A stretch of DNA of 51,183 nucleotides from Negativicutes bacterium (GCA_026417995.1 JAOACF010000002.1:1-51183); one strand, 5' to 3'. Positions 1 to 10,815 are shown, numbered from the stretch's first letter. Notes: generated by a model not told the origin, from the sequence alone. A program made the numbers and translations.

Positions 1-2
1 CC

Positions 3-21
3 AGATGTGTATAAGAGACAG
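3..21. other. Tn5 mosaic-end / Nextera adapter remnant (technical sequence, not genomic)
   Basis: Bases 3-21 read AGATGTGTATAAGAGACAG, an exact 19/19 match to the Tn5 mosaic end used in Nextera adapters. The PolC reading frame begins directly after it. Confidence 0.9.
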
Positions 22-23
22 CG

Positions 24-2582
24 CACGAAGAGGCGGTGAAGGCCGGAATAAAGATTATTTACGGCATGGAGGGCTATCTATTTGATCACGACATCAACTC
101 GGCTTATCATATAGTTTTGCTTGCAAAAAATACTATCGGCTTAAAAAACCTGTACCGGCTGGTATCCATTTCCCATCTCAAGTATTTGCACCGCACACCG
201 CGCATTCCGCGCAGCGTACTTGCCGACCACCGCGAAGGCCTGATCGTCGGTTCCGCTTGTGAAGCAGGTGAACTCATCCAGGCAATTTTAAACGGCGCAA
301 CCGAGGACGAGCTGAAGAATATTGCCTCATTCTATGATTATCTTGAAATTCAGCCCACCGGCAATAACCATTTTCTTATCCGCCAAAACCGGGTAGCGTG
401 CGATGAAGATTTGCGCAATATCAATCGGACGGTCTGTCGTCTTGGCGAAGCACTGAATAAAAAAGTGGTAGCTACCTGTGACGTCCATTTTCTCAATCCA
501 GAAGACGAGGTGTACCGGCGCATTCTTATGGCCGGGCAGGGCTTTAACGACGCAGATCTGCAGCCACCTTTATATTTCCGGACAACGGACGAAATGTTGC
601 AAGAGTTTGCCTATCTGGGTGCGCATAAGGCCAGACAGGTGGTTATCGAAAACCCACGGTACATCAGCTCGCTCATTGAGGAATTCAAGCCCATTCCGGA
701 TGAACTGTATTCGCCGCAAATCCCGGGCGCGGAAGAACAAATCACCAATATGGCCTATGCCAAAGCCAGATCGCTGTACGGTGAAAATTTACCGCAATTG
801 GTCGCCGATCGTTTGAAATACGAACTGGATGGCATTATCAATAATGGTTTTGCTGTGTTGTATCTGATAGCTCACAAACTGGTGAAAAAATCGCTGGACG
901 ACGGATATCTGGTCGGCTCGCGTGGCTCGGTCGGCTCCTCATTTGTCGCAACCATGACCGATATTACTGAAGTAAATCCCTTGCCGCCACATTGGCGCTG
1001 CAATGCCTGCAAGCATTCGGAATTTATCACCGACGGAAGTTACGGCGGGGGCTTTGACCTTCCTGACAAAAGTTGTCCGAACTGCGGCACCCTGATGATT
1101 AAAGACGGCCACGATATTCCCTTTGCGGTATTTATGGGCTTCCACGGTGATAAGGTGCCGGATATTGACCTCAACTTCTCTGGCGAATACCAGCCGGTAG
1201 CGCATAAATACACCGAGGAATTGTTCGGCAAAGATAACGTGTTCCGTGCCGGCACGATTGCGACAATTGCCGATAAAACCGCCTACGGTTTCGTAAAAAA
1301 CTATTTTAATGACAAAGGAATTACCCCGCGCAACGCCCATATAAATAAACTTTTGCGCGGCTGTACCGGCGTCAAGCGCACTACCGGCCAGCATCCGGGA
1401 GGAATTATGGTTGTCCCCCGCGATATGGATATCCACCATTTTACACCTATTCAATATCCCGCTGACGATAAAAATGCCAATACCATTACTACGCATTTTG
1501 ATTATCACTCAATTAGCAGCCGTCTTGTGAAACTTGACATCCTCGGCCATGACGATCCGACAGTAATTAAAATGCTAGAAGATCTCACCGGTGTAAATGC
1601 AAAAACCATTCCTTTTGATGATGCACCTACCATGAGTCTCTTCTCAAGCACTGCTGCTCTGAACATAACTCCCGAGCAACTGGGCAGCACAGTAGCAACA
1701 TTCGGCATTCCGGAATTCGGCACCAAATTCGTGCGCCAGATGCTGGAAGATACTCAGCCGCGTTGCTTTAGTGAACTGGTGCGCATTAGCGGATTTTCTC
1801 ATGGCACTGACGTCTGGCTTAACAACGCACAGGATTTGATAAAAAACGGTACCGCAAAACTTTCGGAAGCCATTTCCGCGCGCGATGACATTATGGTCTA
1901 TCTGATCCAAAAAGGCGTTGACCCGCAACTCGCCTTTAAGACAATGGAAAGTGTCCGCAAAGGCAAAGGCATAAAAGCCGACGACATTCCCAAACTCAAG
2001 GAAAAGAATGTGCCCGATTGGTACATCGAGTCCTGCCAAAAAATTAAATACATGTTTCCCAAAGCGCATGCTGTCGCCTACGTGATGATGGCCTTCCGCA
2101 TCGCGTGGTTCAAAGTGCACCATCCGCTGGCCTTCTATGCTGCCTACTTTACCGTGCGCGCTGCGGATTTTGATGCCAAAACGGTGGTAAAGGGGGAAGC
2201 GGCCATTCGGGCGAAGATGGCGGAAATCGAGCAAAAAGGTCCGCAGGCGCCACCGAAAGAAAAAGGTCTCTTAACCATTCTGGAAATGGCGCTGGAGATG
2301 TATCTGCGCGGCTTCTGCTTCCACAAAATAGACCTGTACCGCTCGGATGCCACCAAGTTCCTGATCAAGGAAAATGGACTGCTGCCGCCGCTCGCGGCGC
2401 TTGACGGTCTTGGACACAATGCGGCTAGGAGTATTGTTCAGGCCCGCGCTGCCAGACCTTTTTCCTCAGTGGAAGATTTACGCACCAGAGGCAGGGTATC
2501 AAAATCTGTAACCGATATATTAAGAGACCATGGCTGTATTGACAACTTGCCGGAAACCGACCAAATGCTGTTGTTTGCTTAA
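24..2582 (+). CDS. polC: DNA polymerase III PolC-type alpha subunit, C-terminal ~850 aa (5' end cut by contig edge)
   Basis: The frame is open from the adapter junction (..[19 protein letters not shown]..), upstream of the listed GTG. It has a Cys4 cluster (CNACKHSEF...CPNCG) and polymerase core motifs. It sits directly upstream of rimP-nusA-infB, as in Bacillus. Confidence 0.93.
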   Translation, partial: HEEAVKAGIKIIYGMEGYLFDHDINSAYHIVLLAKNTIGLKNLYRLVSISHLKYLHRTPRIPRSVLADHREGLIVGSACEAGELIQAILNGATEDELKNIASFYDYLEIQPTGNNHFLIRQNRVACDEDLRNINRTVCRLGEALNKKVVATCDVHFLNPEDEVYRRILMAGQGFNDADLQPPLYFRTTDEMLQEFAYLGAHKARQVVIENPRYISSLIEEFKPIPDELYSPQIPGAEEQITNMAYAKARSLYGENLPQLVADRLKYELDGIINNGFAVLYLIAHKLVKKSLDDGYLVGSRGSVGSSFVATMTDITEVNPLPPHWRCNACKHSEFITDGSYGGGFDLPDKSCPNCGTLMIKDGHDIPFAVFMGFHGDKVPDIDLNFSGEYQPVAHKYTEELFGKDNVFRAGTIATIADKTAYGFVKNYFNDKGITPRNAHINKLLRGCTGVKRTTGQHPGGIMVVPRDMDIHHFTPIQYPADDKNANTITTHFDYHSISSRLVKLDILGHDDPTVIKMLEDLTGVNAKTIPFDDAPTMSLFSSTAALNITPEQLGSTVATFGIPEFGTKFVRQMLEDTQPRCFSELVRISGFSHGTDVWLNNAQDLIKNGTAKLSEAISARDDIMVYLIQKGVDPQLAFKTMESVRKGKGIKADDIPKLKEKNVPDWYIESCQKIKYMFPKAHAVAYVMMAFRIAWFKVHHPLAFYAAYFTVRAADFDAKTVVKGEAAIRAKMAEIEQKGPQAPPKEKGLLTILEMALEMYLRGFCFHKIDLYRSDATKFLIKENGLLPPLAALDGLGHNAARSIVQARAARPFSSVEDLRTRGRVSKSVTDILRDHGCIDNLPETDQMLLFA

Positions 2583-2596
2583 ATTTCAATAATGTA

Positions 2597-2625
2597 TTGT
2601 AAAAATTAACCTGAAGTAGTATACT
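2597..2625 (+). promoter_or_regulatory. sigma-A-type promoter candidate for the rimP-nusA-infB operon
   Basis: TTGTAA (2597-2602), 17-nt spacer, TATACT (2620-2625). Confidence 0.55.
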
Positions 2626-2650
2626 ATATATAGCATTAGACGCTTTGAGA

Positions 2651-2682
2651 AAGGAGTGGGTATCTGCCCACTCTTTCATGTT
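2651..2682 (+). promoter_or_regulatory. Leader hairpin with weak U-tract (possible attenuator upstream of rimP)
   Basis: GAGTGGG (2654-2660) pairs with CCCACTC (2667-2673) around a 6-nt loop. The stem is extendable by A-U/G-U pairs and is followed by TTTCATGTT. Confidence 0.35.
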
Positions 2683-2767
2683 ATGTTCAGACTGCCAAAT
2701 GGTGGGTATAAGTACATTCGCTATCAGGCAAAACTAAGAGTAATGCTCTGATCGGAGGTTAATCACA

Positions 2768-3226
2768 ATGCATAAAGAACAAATAACTCAGCTGGTGGAA
2801 AAAAAAGTTCGTGATATTATTGCCGGAACCCAGTTAGAATTGGTCGATGTCGAGTACGTCAAAGAACGCGATTGGTATTTGCGCGTTTTTTTAGATAAAC
2901 CTGGCGGCTTGGACGTAGAAGACTGCCAATGGGTAAGCGAGCGTCTGGAAGTAGTTCTCGACGAACTTGACCCCATTAAAGAAAGCTACTATCTCGAAGT
3001 CTCATCACCGGGTCTGGACCGTCCACTTAAGAAAGAGCAGGACTTTTTACGCCATATTGGCGATAAAATCGAAATCAATACCTTTGCGCCGATTAACGGC
3101 CAAAAATTGCTAATTGGTACGCTGGTAAGTCTGGCGGACAATAACATTCATATTAACGTGGATGGCAACGAACTTGCGATACCTCGTGAGAAGGCTTCCC
3201 AGGTGAGACTGCATATCGATTTTTAA
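2768..3226 (+). CDS. rimP: Ribosome maturation factor RimP
   Basis: 152 aa containing ..YLRVFLDKPGGLDVEDC...YYLEVSSPGLDRPL.., typical of RimP/YlxS. Located upstream of nusA. Confidence 0.93.
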   Translation: MHKEQITQLVEKKVRDIIAGTQLELVDVEYVKERDWYLRVFLDKPGGLDVEDCQWVSERLEVVLDELDPIKESYYLEVSSPGLDRPLKKEQDFLRHIGDKIEINTFAPINGQKLLIGTLVSLADNNIHINVDGNELAIPREKASQVRLHIDF

Positions 3227-3264
3227 TCCAGTGCATAAAATTGAATAGGGGGAATTAACCAATC

Positions 3265-4308
3265 ATGAATGCCGAATTTATGCAAGCATTCGAACAACTA
3301 GGCAAAGAAAAAGGCATTGCTTCCGAAGTTTTGTTTGACGCGATCGAGGCGGCGTTAATTTCCGCGTATAAGCGTAACTTCGGCTCGGCGCAAAATGTAC
3401 GGGTTTCATTAGATCGCTATACGGGAGAAATTCATGTTTTTGCCAGGAAAAATGTCGTCGAGGAAGTCAAGGACCCGCGTCTCGAAATTTCGCTGGAAGA
3501 AGCGAAAAAAATAGACGTACGATACGAGCTCGATGACGTCGTTGAGCTTGAGGTAACACCCAAGAACTTTGGACGCATTGCCGCCCAAACCGCTAAGCAA
3601 GTGGTCGTTCAGCGTATTCGAGAAGCCGAACGCGGCATAATTTACGAAGAGTTTTCCAATCGTGAAAGTGATATCGTTACCGGAATTGTGCAGCGCATCG
3701 AACAAAAAAACGTGTATATAGATCTTGGTAAGGCCGAAGCCATTCTGGCCCCCTCAGAGCAAATTCCGGGAGAACTGTATCGGCATGGCGACCGTTTGAA
3801 AACGTATATCGTTGAAGTCAAAAAAACCACCAAGGGACCGCAAATTCTTGTCTCCCGCACCCATCCCGGGCTGCTTAAGCGCTTATTTGAACTGGAAGTT
3901 CCCGAAATTCATGACGGTGTGGTCGAACTCAAGTCGGTAGCCCGCGAACCTGGTCTTCGCTCCAAAATCTCGGTTCATTCCCGTGATGAGGATGTGGATC
4001 CGGTTGGCGCTTGTGTCGGACACAAAGGGATGCGGGTGCAAACTATTGTTAATGAGCTTCGCGGTGAAAAAATTGATATTGTCAAATGGAATGCCGATCC
4101 GGCGAAATATATAGCTAACGCTCTGAGCCCTGCCAAAGTGGTGTCTGTTGATGTCAACGAAGCGGAGAAAGTCTCTAAAGTAGTTGTACCGGATTACCAG
4201 CTTTCGCTTGCCATTGGCAAAGAGGGTCAAAATGCGCGCTTGGCGGCCAAACTAACCGGCTGGAAAATTGACATCAAGAGTGAATCCCAAGTGCAGTCGG
4301 CAACCTAA
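3265..4308 (+). CDS. nusA: Transcription termination/antitermination factor NusA
   Basis: 347 aa with S1 and two KH regions (..[13 protein letters not shown].., ..[23 protein letters not shown]..). Confidence 0.96.
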   Translation: MNAEFMQAFEQLGKEKGIASEVLFDAIEAALISAYKRNFGSAQNVRVSLDRYTGEIHVFARKNVVEEVKDPRLEISLEEAKKIDVRYELDDVVELEVTPKNFGRIAAQTAKQVVVQRIREAERGIIYEEFSNRESDIVTGIVQRIEQKNVYIDLGKAEAILAPSEQIPGELYRHGDRLKTYIVEVKKTTKGPQILVSRTHPGLLKRLFELEVPEIHDGVVELKSVAREPGLRSKISVHSRDEDVDPVGACVGHKGMRVQTIVNELRGEKIDIVKWNADPAKYIANALSPAKVVSVDVNEAEKVSKVVVPDYQLSLAIGKEGQNARLAAKLTGWKIDIKSESQVQSAT

Positions 4309-4320
4309 AGGAGGAGTAGC

Positions 4321-4590
4321 ATGAAACCGAAAAAAACTCCTCAACGTATGTGCGTAGGCTGTCAGGAGATGAAAAATAAAAAAGAATTAATCCGGGTGGT
4401 TCGTACTCCGGAAGGAGCCGTTCTGCTCGATCCGACAGGTAAAAAATCTGGAAGAGGCGCCTACGTCTGCAAGCAAGAAGCATGTTTTGCCCGCGCTTTT
4501 AAAGAAAAACGCCTGGAAAGGGCGCTCAAGCATCCGATTGAACCGGCAATCTATGAAGAGTTGCGAGTGAAGATACCTCATGCCGAATAA
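4321..4590 (+). CDS. ylxR: YlxR/RnpM family RNA-binding protein (DUF448)
   Basis: 89 aa with RMCVGCQE...ELIRVV...GRGAYVC motifs. Conserved position between nusA and infB. Confidence 0.9.
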   Translation: MKPKKTPQRMCVGCQEMKNKKELIRVVRTPEGAVLLDPTGKKSGRGAYVCKQEACFARAFKEKRLERALKHPIEPAIYEELRVKIPHAE

Positions 4591-4894
4591 GCAAAAATTA
4601 GCTTCGCTAATCGGCTTAGCGCAAAAGGCCGGCAAGATTGCCTCAGGTGACTTTGCGGTCGAGCGGGCAGTCAAAACTGGCAAAGCCAATTTGATGATTA
4701 TAGCCGGCGATGCCTCAGAAAACACTAAAAAAGGCTACCGCGATTTAGCAAATTATTATCGCGTCGCATGTTATGAAGCTCTGGATAAAACTACCATAGG
4801 AAATTCCATCGGCAAACCACAGCGAGCTGTTCTGGTATTTTTGGATGCCGGCTTTTCCCTAAGCGCGCGAAAATTACTGGAAACAGTTGATTGA
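4580..4894 (+). CDS. L7Ae/L30e family RNA-binding protein (YlxQ-like)
   Basis: 104 aa containing ..GLAQKAGKIASGDFAVERAVKTGKANLMIIAGDASENTKK... It overlaps ylxR by 11 nt and sits in the conserved nusA-infB operon slot. Confidence 0.88.
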   Translation: MPNKQKLASLIGLAQKAGKIASGDFAVERAVKTGKANLMIIAGDASENTKKGYRDLANYYRVACYEALDKTTIGNSIGKPQRAVLVFLDAGFSLSARKLLETVD

Positions 4895-4936
4895 TATAGT
4901 TACCCTACCGGGAGAGAGAAAATTGGGGGTGGATCA

Positions 4937-7624
4937 ATGTCCAAATACAGGGTATACGAGATAGCTAAAGACTATAATACCACCAGCAAGGTGATTATAG
5001 ATATTTTGGCCAGAAACGGCATTGTTGCCAAAAATCATATGACAAGCATTGACGACGATGCCAGAACCGTAATTGAACGAACATTTGCGCGTAAAACCGG
5101 TCCGGCTGAGACATCTGAGGTAAAGCCGCCGCCTAAAGCTCCTGCACGCCAGGTTCCAAGCGACGAGCCGCTGCAACCGGCAAGAACGCCGCTTCAACAA
5201 GGCGGAGGACAGCCTGCTCGCAGCGCAAGCCCGCAGCAGGGCGGAAACCAGGTAAATCCGCCAAACCGGCATCCAAAGTCGACTGATCAACGAGCGAGCG
5301 GCGGGGGAGCCAACCGCCATCAAATGGATAACCGACCGCAGCAGCCCGCGAGTGACCGCCAGCGCCAGCACAGTGATCGCAGACCAGACGCGCAGCAATC
5401 TAACCGTCACTTTACGAGTCAAGGGAGCCGTCCGGCAAACCCGCAGCATAACATCAATCAAAACAACCGTCTGACCAATCAACCACATAATGCAGTACAA
5501 GGCAGTCGCCCAGCTCATCAACCGTATAGCGCCAATCAAGGCAATCGTCCGGCTAATCAGCCGTATAACGCGGGACAAGGCGGTCGCCCGGCCAATCAAA
5601 ACTTCAACCGCAACCCGAATTCACAGGGTCAGGGGACAAATCAGCGTCCTGGCGACCGGCCGCAACAGCGTCCGGGACAAAACCAGACAGCCAAGCCGAC
5701 CGCGGCACCGCCGCCCTCACAGTCTCGTGTGGAACAGCCGCGTCGCGGTAAAGCTGATCAGTCACAGCAATCTTTAAAAGAAAAGCAACAAAGCCAGCGG
5801 GAACAAATTTTCAACAAAAAGCATGCCGGTAAGCAAGGACGTTTTCAGGGTCATTCTCAGCCTACCGCCAAACAAGAGCCGGTAAGGCCCAAATTGATCA
5901 AGATAGGCGATACCGTCACAGTTAAAGATTTGGCCGCCAAATTAGGACGCCAGGTTAGCGAAGTCATAAAAAAATTAATGATGCTGGGAGTTATGGCGAC
6001 CATCAACCAGGAAATTGACTTCGATACAGCCTCGCTCATTGCCACAGAATTTGGCGCATCGGCCGAAGCATTGCCACCGGAAGAAAATCTTACCGAAATC
6101 GCCGAAGTTGATGATGATCCGGCCACACTTTTGCCGCGTCCGCCTGTCGTTACCATCATGGGTCATGTTGACCACGGCAAAACCTCGCTTTTGGACTCAA
6201 TCCGCCTAACCCACGTAACGGCGCAGGAGGCGGGAGGCATCACCCAGCACATTGGCGCTTACTCGGTCAACTACCAGGGAAAGAAAATCGTTTTCCTTGA
6301 TACACCCGGCCACGAAGCATTTACGGCCATGCGTGCACGAGGCGCGCAGGTTACCGATATCGCCATTCTGGTTGTGGCGGCGGACGACGGTGTCATGCCG
6401 CAGACCATTGAAGCGTTGAACCACGCTAAATCAGCCAAAGTTCCCATCATTGTCGCTATCAATAAAATGGATAAAGCCGATGCAAATCCCGACCGTGTCA
6501 AACAGCAGCTTTCCGAGCACGGACTGGTACCTGAAGAATGGGGCGGCGATACCATTTTTGTGCCGGTTTCGGCCTACAAAAAAACGGGTATACCCGAACT
6601 ACTGGAAATGATCCTGCTTGTGGCCGAAATCCAAGAACTCAGGGCCAATCCGCAACGCGCTGCCATGGGTACCATTATTGAGGCTCAGCTTGACAAAGGA
6701 CGCGGGCCGGTGGCTACCGTGCTTGTGCAAAAAGGGACATTGCACATAGGCGATTCCATTATTGCCGGCTCTGCTTTTGGCAAGGTACGGGCTATGGTTA
6801 ACGACCGTGGCGAAAAAGTGAAAAAAGCCGAGCCGTCCACCCCCGTAGAAGTACTGGGCTTGTCGGACGTGCCGCAAGCGGGCGATATCTTAGTTGTCGC
6901 CGATGAAAAAGTCGTGCGGGCTGTCGCGGAAAAACGCGCGGCCAAAAAGCGCACTGAGGAGTTACAACAGACGACCAAAGTCTCGCTTGATGATCTTTTC
7001 AAACAGATCCAGGAAGGCAGCATCAAGGATCTCAATATTGTCGTCAAGGCCGATGTGCAAGGATCAATCGAAGCTTTGCGGCAAGCGCTGCAAAATCTAA
7101 AAAATAAAGAAGTGCGGGTCAATATTGTCCATGCCGGCGTAGGTGCAATTAATGAGTCTGACGTTATGCTGGCATCAGCTTCCAATGCGCTGATTATTGG
7201 TTTTAACGTCCGACCGGATGCCAATGCGCGTAAAGCGGCAGAAACCGAAAAAATTGATTTGCGCACCTATCGGGTGATTTACGATGCTATTAACGATGTG
7301 GAAGCTGCTATGTCTGGTATGCTTGCCCCCGAATACAAAGAAGTCATCCAAGGTCGGGCGGAAGTCCGGCAGATCATTCCTGTTCCCAAGACGGTAGTAG
7401 CCGGTTCCTATGTATTGGAAGGAAAAATTACCAACAACTCGCAAATCCGACTGCTGCGAAATGGTATCGTGGTTTACGAAGGAAAAATTGAGGCGCTGCG
7501 CCGTTTCAAAGACGATGTAAAAGAAGTCGCATCCGGCTATGAGTGCGGCATCTCACTGGAAAAATTCCGTGATATTAAAGAAGGCGACATCATCGAAGCT
7601 TTTACCATGGAAGTTGTCAAGTAG
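4937..7624 (+). CDS. infB: Translation initiation factor IF-2
   Basis: 895 aa. G-domain motifs [17 protein letters not shown] and NKMD are present, with a conserved C-terminal domain. The N-terminal ~300 aa is a low-complexity Q/N/P/R-rich region. Confidence 0.97.
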   Translation: MSKYRVYEIAKDYNTTSKVIIDILARNGIVAKNHMTSIDDDARTVIERTFARKTGPAETSEVKPPPKAPARQVPSDEPLQPARTPLQQGGGQPARSASPQQGGNQVNPPNRHPKSTDQRASGGGANRHQMDNRPQQPASDRQRQHSDRRPDAQQSNRHFTSQGSRPANPQHNINQNNRLTNQPHNAVQGSRPAHQPYSANQGNRPANQPYNAGQGGRPANQNFNRNPNSQGQGTNQRPGDRPQQRPGQNQTAKPTAAPPPSQSRVEQPRRGKADQSQQSLKEKQQSQREQIFNKKHAGKQGRFQGHSQPTAKQEPVRPKLIKIGDTVTVKDLAAKLGRQVSEVIKKLMMLGVMATINQEIDFDTASLIATEFGASAEALPPEENLTEIAEVDDDPATLLPRPPVVTIMGHVDHGKTSLLDSIRLTHVTAQEAGGITQHIGAYSVNYQGKKIVFLDTPGHEAFTAMRARGAQVTDIAILVVAADDGVMPQTIEALNHAKSAKVPIIVAINKMDKADANPDRVKQQLSEHGLVPEEWGGDTIFVPVSAYKKTGIPELLEMILLVAEIQELRANPQRAAMGTIIEAQLDKGRGPVATVLVQKGTLHIGDSIIAGSAFGKVRAMVNDRGEKVKKAEPSTPVEVLGLSDVPQAGDILVVADEKVVRAVAEKRAAKKRTEELQQTTKVSLDDLFKQIQEGSIKDLNIVVKADVQGSIEALRQALQNLKNKEVRVNIVHAGVGAINESDVMLASASNALIIGFNVRPDANARKAAETEKIDLRTYRVIYDAINDVEAAMSGMLAPEYKEVIQGRAEVRQIIPVPKTVVAGSYVLEGKITNNSQIRLLRNGIVVYEGKIEALRRFKDDVKEVASGYECGISLEKFRDIKEGDIIEAFTMEVVK
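5420..5614 (+). repeat. Five tandem in-frame 39-nt (13-aa) imperfect repeats inside infB
   Basis: Units start at 5420, 5459, 5498, 5537 and 5576. They encode [13 protein letters not shown] / [13 protein letters not shown] / [13 protein letters not shown] / [13 protein letters not shown] / [13 protein letters not shown]. Confidence 0.85.
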
Positions 7625-7650
7625 CCTGCAGTCTGTGAGGGGGTTATGGC

Positions 7651-8004
7651 ATGGGACAACTACGTCTGGAAAAAATTCAGGAATTCATTAAACAAGAAGT
7701 CAGTAAAATTATTTTAACCGAACTCAAGGATCCACGTATTGGCTTTGTCACCGTTACCCAGGTGGAAGTAACGGGTGACTTGCGTAGCGCGAAGATTTAC
7801 GTCAGTCTAATGGGCAACGATGAACAGAAAGCAGCCTCCTGGGAAGGACTGCAGCGGGCGATGGGTTATATCCGCACCGAGATCGGCAAGCGCATTCGCC
7901 TAAAGTTTACGCCTGAAATCTCGTTTCATGTGGATGAAACGCTTGAGTACAGTGCCAGAATTCAGGAATTGCTGCTGAAAATCAAGGAAGAAGAGGGCAA
8001 ATAA
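7651..8004 (+). CDS. rbfA: 30S ribosome-binding factor RbfA
   Basis: 117 aa containing ..LKDPRIGFVTVTQVEVTGDLRSAKIYVS.. Preceded by a GAGGGGG SD. Confidence 0.94.
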   Translation: MGQLRLEKIQEFIKQEVSKIILTELKDPRIGFVTVTQVEVTGDLRSAKIYVSLMGNDEQKAASWEGLQRAMGYIRTEIGKRIRLKFTPEISFHVDETLEYSARIQELLLKIKEEEGK

Positions 8005-8008
8005 CCGC

Positions 8009-8962
8009 ATGGATATAAACCTTGCCCAAATTAATGACCTGTTCAAACAAGCCAATGAACTGGTCCTTACAACACATATTCATCCTGACGGCGATGCATT
8101 GGGTTCACTCCTGGCATTGAACGGGTATTTGTCTTTACAGGGTAAGAAAGTGACTATGCTGTTGGACGATGATATACCCTCAACGTATCGTTTTCTCCCG
8201 GGCTGCGATCGTATTCGCCGCCCTTCCGGCCGTCAGACCAAACCCGATTTATTGGTAGTACTTGACGCCAGCGATGTCGAACGCATCGGTGGTGTATACC
8301 AGGAAGTCAAAGCACCGGTTCTTAATATTGATCATCATGTCTCAAATACACGCTTTGCCGACTATCTCTACTTAGATGACACTGCAGCCGCAACCGGCGA
8401 GATTCTTTGCGATTTATTCGTACACGTGGAGGCTGCGCTTTCTCTTGATATGGCCAGCTGCCTATACACTGCAATTGCTACCGACTGCGGTTTTTTTCGC
8501 TATGCCAACACTTCAGCAAAAACAATGCGATATGGCGCCAGCCTGCTAGAAGCAGGCGTCAAGCCAAATCTCATTTCTGAACAGCTTGAAACAAAACCGC
8601 TATCGAGCATTAAAACACTTACAGAGGTTTTAAAAACATTGGAGCTTCATCAGGAGAATAAGATTGCACTGATTACCGTCACGCCGGAAATCGCCAAAGA
8701 TAACGATGACCTTACCGAAGGTCTTATTAACTATCCGCGCAATATTGAGGGAGTGGAACTGGCAATCATGCTCAAGGCGGCTTCTCCGGATACCATCCGC
8801 GTGAGTTTGCGCTCCCGTAGCATTGATGTGAGCCGTTTGGCTTTGTCTTTTGGCGGCGGGGGTCATGCCCGGGCGGCGGGATGCACAATCCACGGCTCGC
8901 TTGCTGCCGCCAAGGAGAAAATTTTGTCGGCAGCTGCCCGGATGATGGTGGGAAAATGTTGA
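8009..8962 (+). CDS. nrnA: DHH/DHHA1 phosphoesterase NrnA (oligoribonuclease / pAp phosphatase)
   Basis: Motifs HPDGDALGS, NIDHH and GGGGHARAAG (DHHA1) are present. Confidence 0.88.
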   Translation: MDINLAQINDLFKQANELVLTTHIHPDGDALGSLLALNGYLSLQGKKVTMLLDDDIPSTYRFLPGCDRIRRPSGRQTKPDLLVVLDASDVERIGGVYQEVKAPVLNIDHHVSNTRFADYLYLDDTAAATGEILCDLFVHVEAALSLDMASCLYTAIATDCGFFRYANTSAKTMRYGASLLEAGVKPNLISEQLETKPLSSIKTLTEVLKTLELHQENKIALITVTPEIAKDNDDLTEGLINYPRNIEGVELAIMLKAASPDTIRVSLRSRSIDVSRLALSFGGGGHARAAGCTIHGSLAAAKEKILSAAARMMVGKC

Positions 8963-9834
8963 CAAACGGCATCATCAATGTGCTAAAGCCACCTGGTATG
9001 ACATCGCATGATGTTGTATCCTTCATCCGGCGGCGGTTTAGTCTTAAACGAGTTGGACACGCGGGTACCCTAGATCCGGCGGCAGCAGGCGTGCTGCCTG
9101 TTTTTTTGGGACATGCGACGCGTCTTATCGAATACCAGACCGAAGCTGATAAAAGCTACCGGGCAGAGATCACTTTGGGTTACGCAACTGATTCCGGCGA
9201 CGATACCGGGTCAATTATTCGCCAGTCTGCTTTTGCCATGCCAGATATAGCGACTATTACGCAAACTCTCAACTCCTTTTTAGGAGTGATCAACCAAATA
9301 CCGCCCATGCACTCGGCGATAAAAGTTGAGGGCAAAAAGCTGTATGAACTGGCGCGGGCAGGTTTAACAATTGAGCGCCGCCCCCGGATGGTTGTCATCC
9401 GGGAAATTAAAATCGCTGCTGTAGATGAACAGAGAATTTTGTTCGATGTTACCTGCTCCAAGGGGACTTACATACGCACTCTGTGCTCGGATATTGGCGA
9501 TAAGCTGGGTATACCCGCAGTTATGTCCTTTCTTGTGCGTACCAGGGTTGGCCCGTTCCGTCTAAGTCAGTCGCTTAGCCTAGAAGAAATTTCCTATTTA
9601 GGCGAGAACGCGCTGCTTCCAGCCGACCTTGCCGTTTCTCATTTGCCAACGCTTACCTTCAGTGATGCCGACTGCCTAGCGCTTGCACAAGGAAAAACCG
9701 TGCCGCTGACAGACTACCTCCCGGCAGAACCGAATATTCCTGTTCGTATTTATAATCCGGCTGGCTGCTTAATCGGGCTTTGCGTAATAAAAAACCATTA
9801 TGCGCAGCCGACAAAAATATTTTACCGGGGTTAG
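8956..9834 (+). CDS. truB: tRNA pseudouridine(55) synthase TruB
   Basis: Starts at ATG 8956 (MLTNGIINVLKPPGMTSHDV) and overlaps the nrnA stop (ATGTTGA). The GHAGTLDP catalytic motif is present. The upstream part of the listed ORF lies inside nrnA. Confidence 0.93.
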   Translation: MLTNGIINVLKPPGMTSHDVVSFIRRRFSLKRVGHAGTLDPAAAGVLPVFLGHATRLIEYQTEADKSYRAEITLGYATDSGDDTGSIIRQSAFAMPDIATITQTLNSFLGVINQIPPMHSAIKVEGKKLYELARAGLTIERRPRMVVIREIKIAAVDEQRILFDVTCSKGTYIRTLCSDIGDKLGIPAVMSFLVRTRVGPFRLSQSLSLEEISYLGENALLPADLAVSHLPTLTFSDADCLALAQGKTVPLTDYLPAEPNIPVRIYNPAGCLIGLCVIKNHYAQPTKIFYRG

Positions 9835-9857
9835 TTTTTTTATCTGAGGAGAGCAAT

Positions 9858-10796
9858 ATGGAACTTTATACCCGCATAGTCAACCTAAAAGATCGTCTGC
9901 CAAACGCAGTTGTAGCACTGGGAACTTTTGACGGTCTTCACCGCGGCCACCAGCGAATTATTGGCGGTGCTGCAGAGTGGGCCAGGCGGCTCGGCGGATC
10001 AAGCATAGTATTTACCTTTAGCAATCATCCGCTTTCCGTCATAGCGCCCGGACAAAGTCCGCTCCTTATCTACCCCAATGAAATAAAAGCCAAGCTAATT
10101 AAAACTATGGGTATTGACGCTTTGCTTAATATTCCTTTCACCACTAAGCTGCTCCACTTATCCCCGAATGACTTCATCTCGGTCTTATACGACAACCTGC
10201 GCCCAGCTAAAGTAATCGTGGGCCCCAACTACTCGTTCGGTTATAAAGGCAAAGGAACGCCGGAAATGCTTCGCGCTGCAGGGCGCGAATTAGGATTTGC
10301 CGTTGATATCCATCCTGCCGTAGAGCTTGACGGAGTTATTGTCAGCAGTACAATTATCCGTCAAATGTTATGTCAGGGTAATGTCAGAGATGCCGCTTTC
10401 TACCTAGGTCGCCCCTTTGCCCTGTACGGCATGACCGTCATTAGTGGTCAGCGGCGAGGACGACAGCTAGGCTACCCGACAGCAAACCTCGCCATTCCGT
10501 CCGGCTTTGTTGTTCCGGGCGACGGTGTGTATGCCGTAAATATCCGTTATGGAAATACCGAATATGAAGGCGTTGCCAATATTGGTTCCAATCCGACCTT
10601 TGCCGAAAATAAGCGGCGCATCGAGGTTCATCTGCTGAATTTTTCCCAAGATATTTATCAGCAGCCGCTTGATATTATCTTCTACGAACGCCTGCGCGGC
10701 GAACGCTGCTTCAAAAGTGCGGATGCGCTGAAACGCCAGATTGCCGACGACATCGAAGCAGCCAGACAAATTTTTCGTACAACGCAATCCTATTAG
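9858..10796 (+). CDS. ribF: Bifunctional riboflavin kinase / FMN adenylyltransferase
   Basis: ATG 9858 follows a GAGGAGAG SD. Contains the GTFDGLHRGHQ motif and a C-terminal riboflavin kinase region (GYPTANL). Confidence 0.93.
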   Translation: MELYTRIVNLKDRLPNAVVALGTFDGLHRGHQRIIGGAAEWARRLGGSSIVFTFSNHPLSVIAPGQSPLLIYPNEIKAKLIKTMGIDALLNIPFTTKLLHLSPNDFISVLYDNLRPAKVIVGPNYSFGYKGKGTPEMLRAAGRELGFAVDIHPAVELDGVIVSSTIIRQMLCQGNVRDAAFYLGRPFALYGMTVISGQRRGRQLGYPTANLAIPSGFVVPGDGVYAVNIRYGNTEYEGVANIGSNPTFAENKRRIEVHLLNFSQDIYQQPLDIIFYERLRGERCFKSADALKRQIADDIEAARQIFRTTQSY

Positions 10797-10815
10797 AATT
10801 TTTATTTGCCGTTTC

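Noticed and set aside
24-2582. Truncated polC as a possible pseudogene
   Set aside because: The truncation coincides exactly with the adapter remnant at the contig edge, and the remaining frame is intact. It is an assembly boundary, not gene decay.
4934-5599. 221-aa ORF on the minus strand
   Set aside because: It lies entirely antisense to the low-complexity, repeat-rich N-terminal coding region of infB. It has no SD, and its composition (R/L/A/S-rich) simply mirrors the sense-strand Q/N/P/R codons. It is an artefact of biased sequence.
5420-5614. Regularly spaced 39-nt direct repeats that might suggest a CRISPR-like or minisatellite array
   Set aside because: The units are contiguous with no spacers, in frame, and encode a repeated 13-aa peptide inside infB. 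This is a coding tandem repeat, not a CRISPR array.
8881-8955. N-terminal extensions in the ORF track for truB (8881), ribF (9780), pnp (11331), aspartokinase (21513), rnj (23766), recA (40637) and the P-loop/Asp23 gene (48269)
   Set aside because: In each case an internal start with a well-spaced Shine-Dalgarno sequence gives the conserved N-terminus. The extension overlaps the upstream gene or a promoter/leader.
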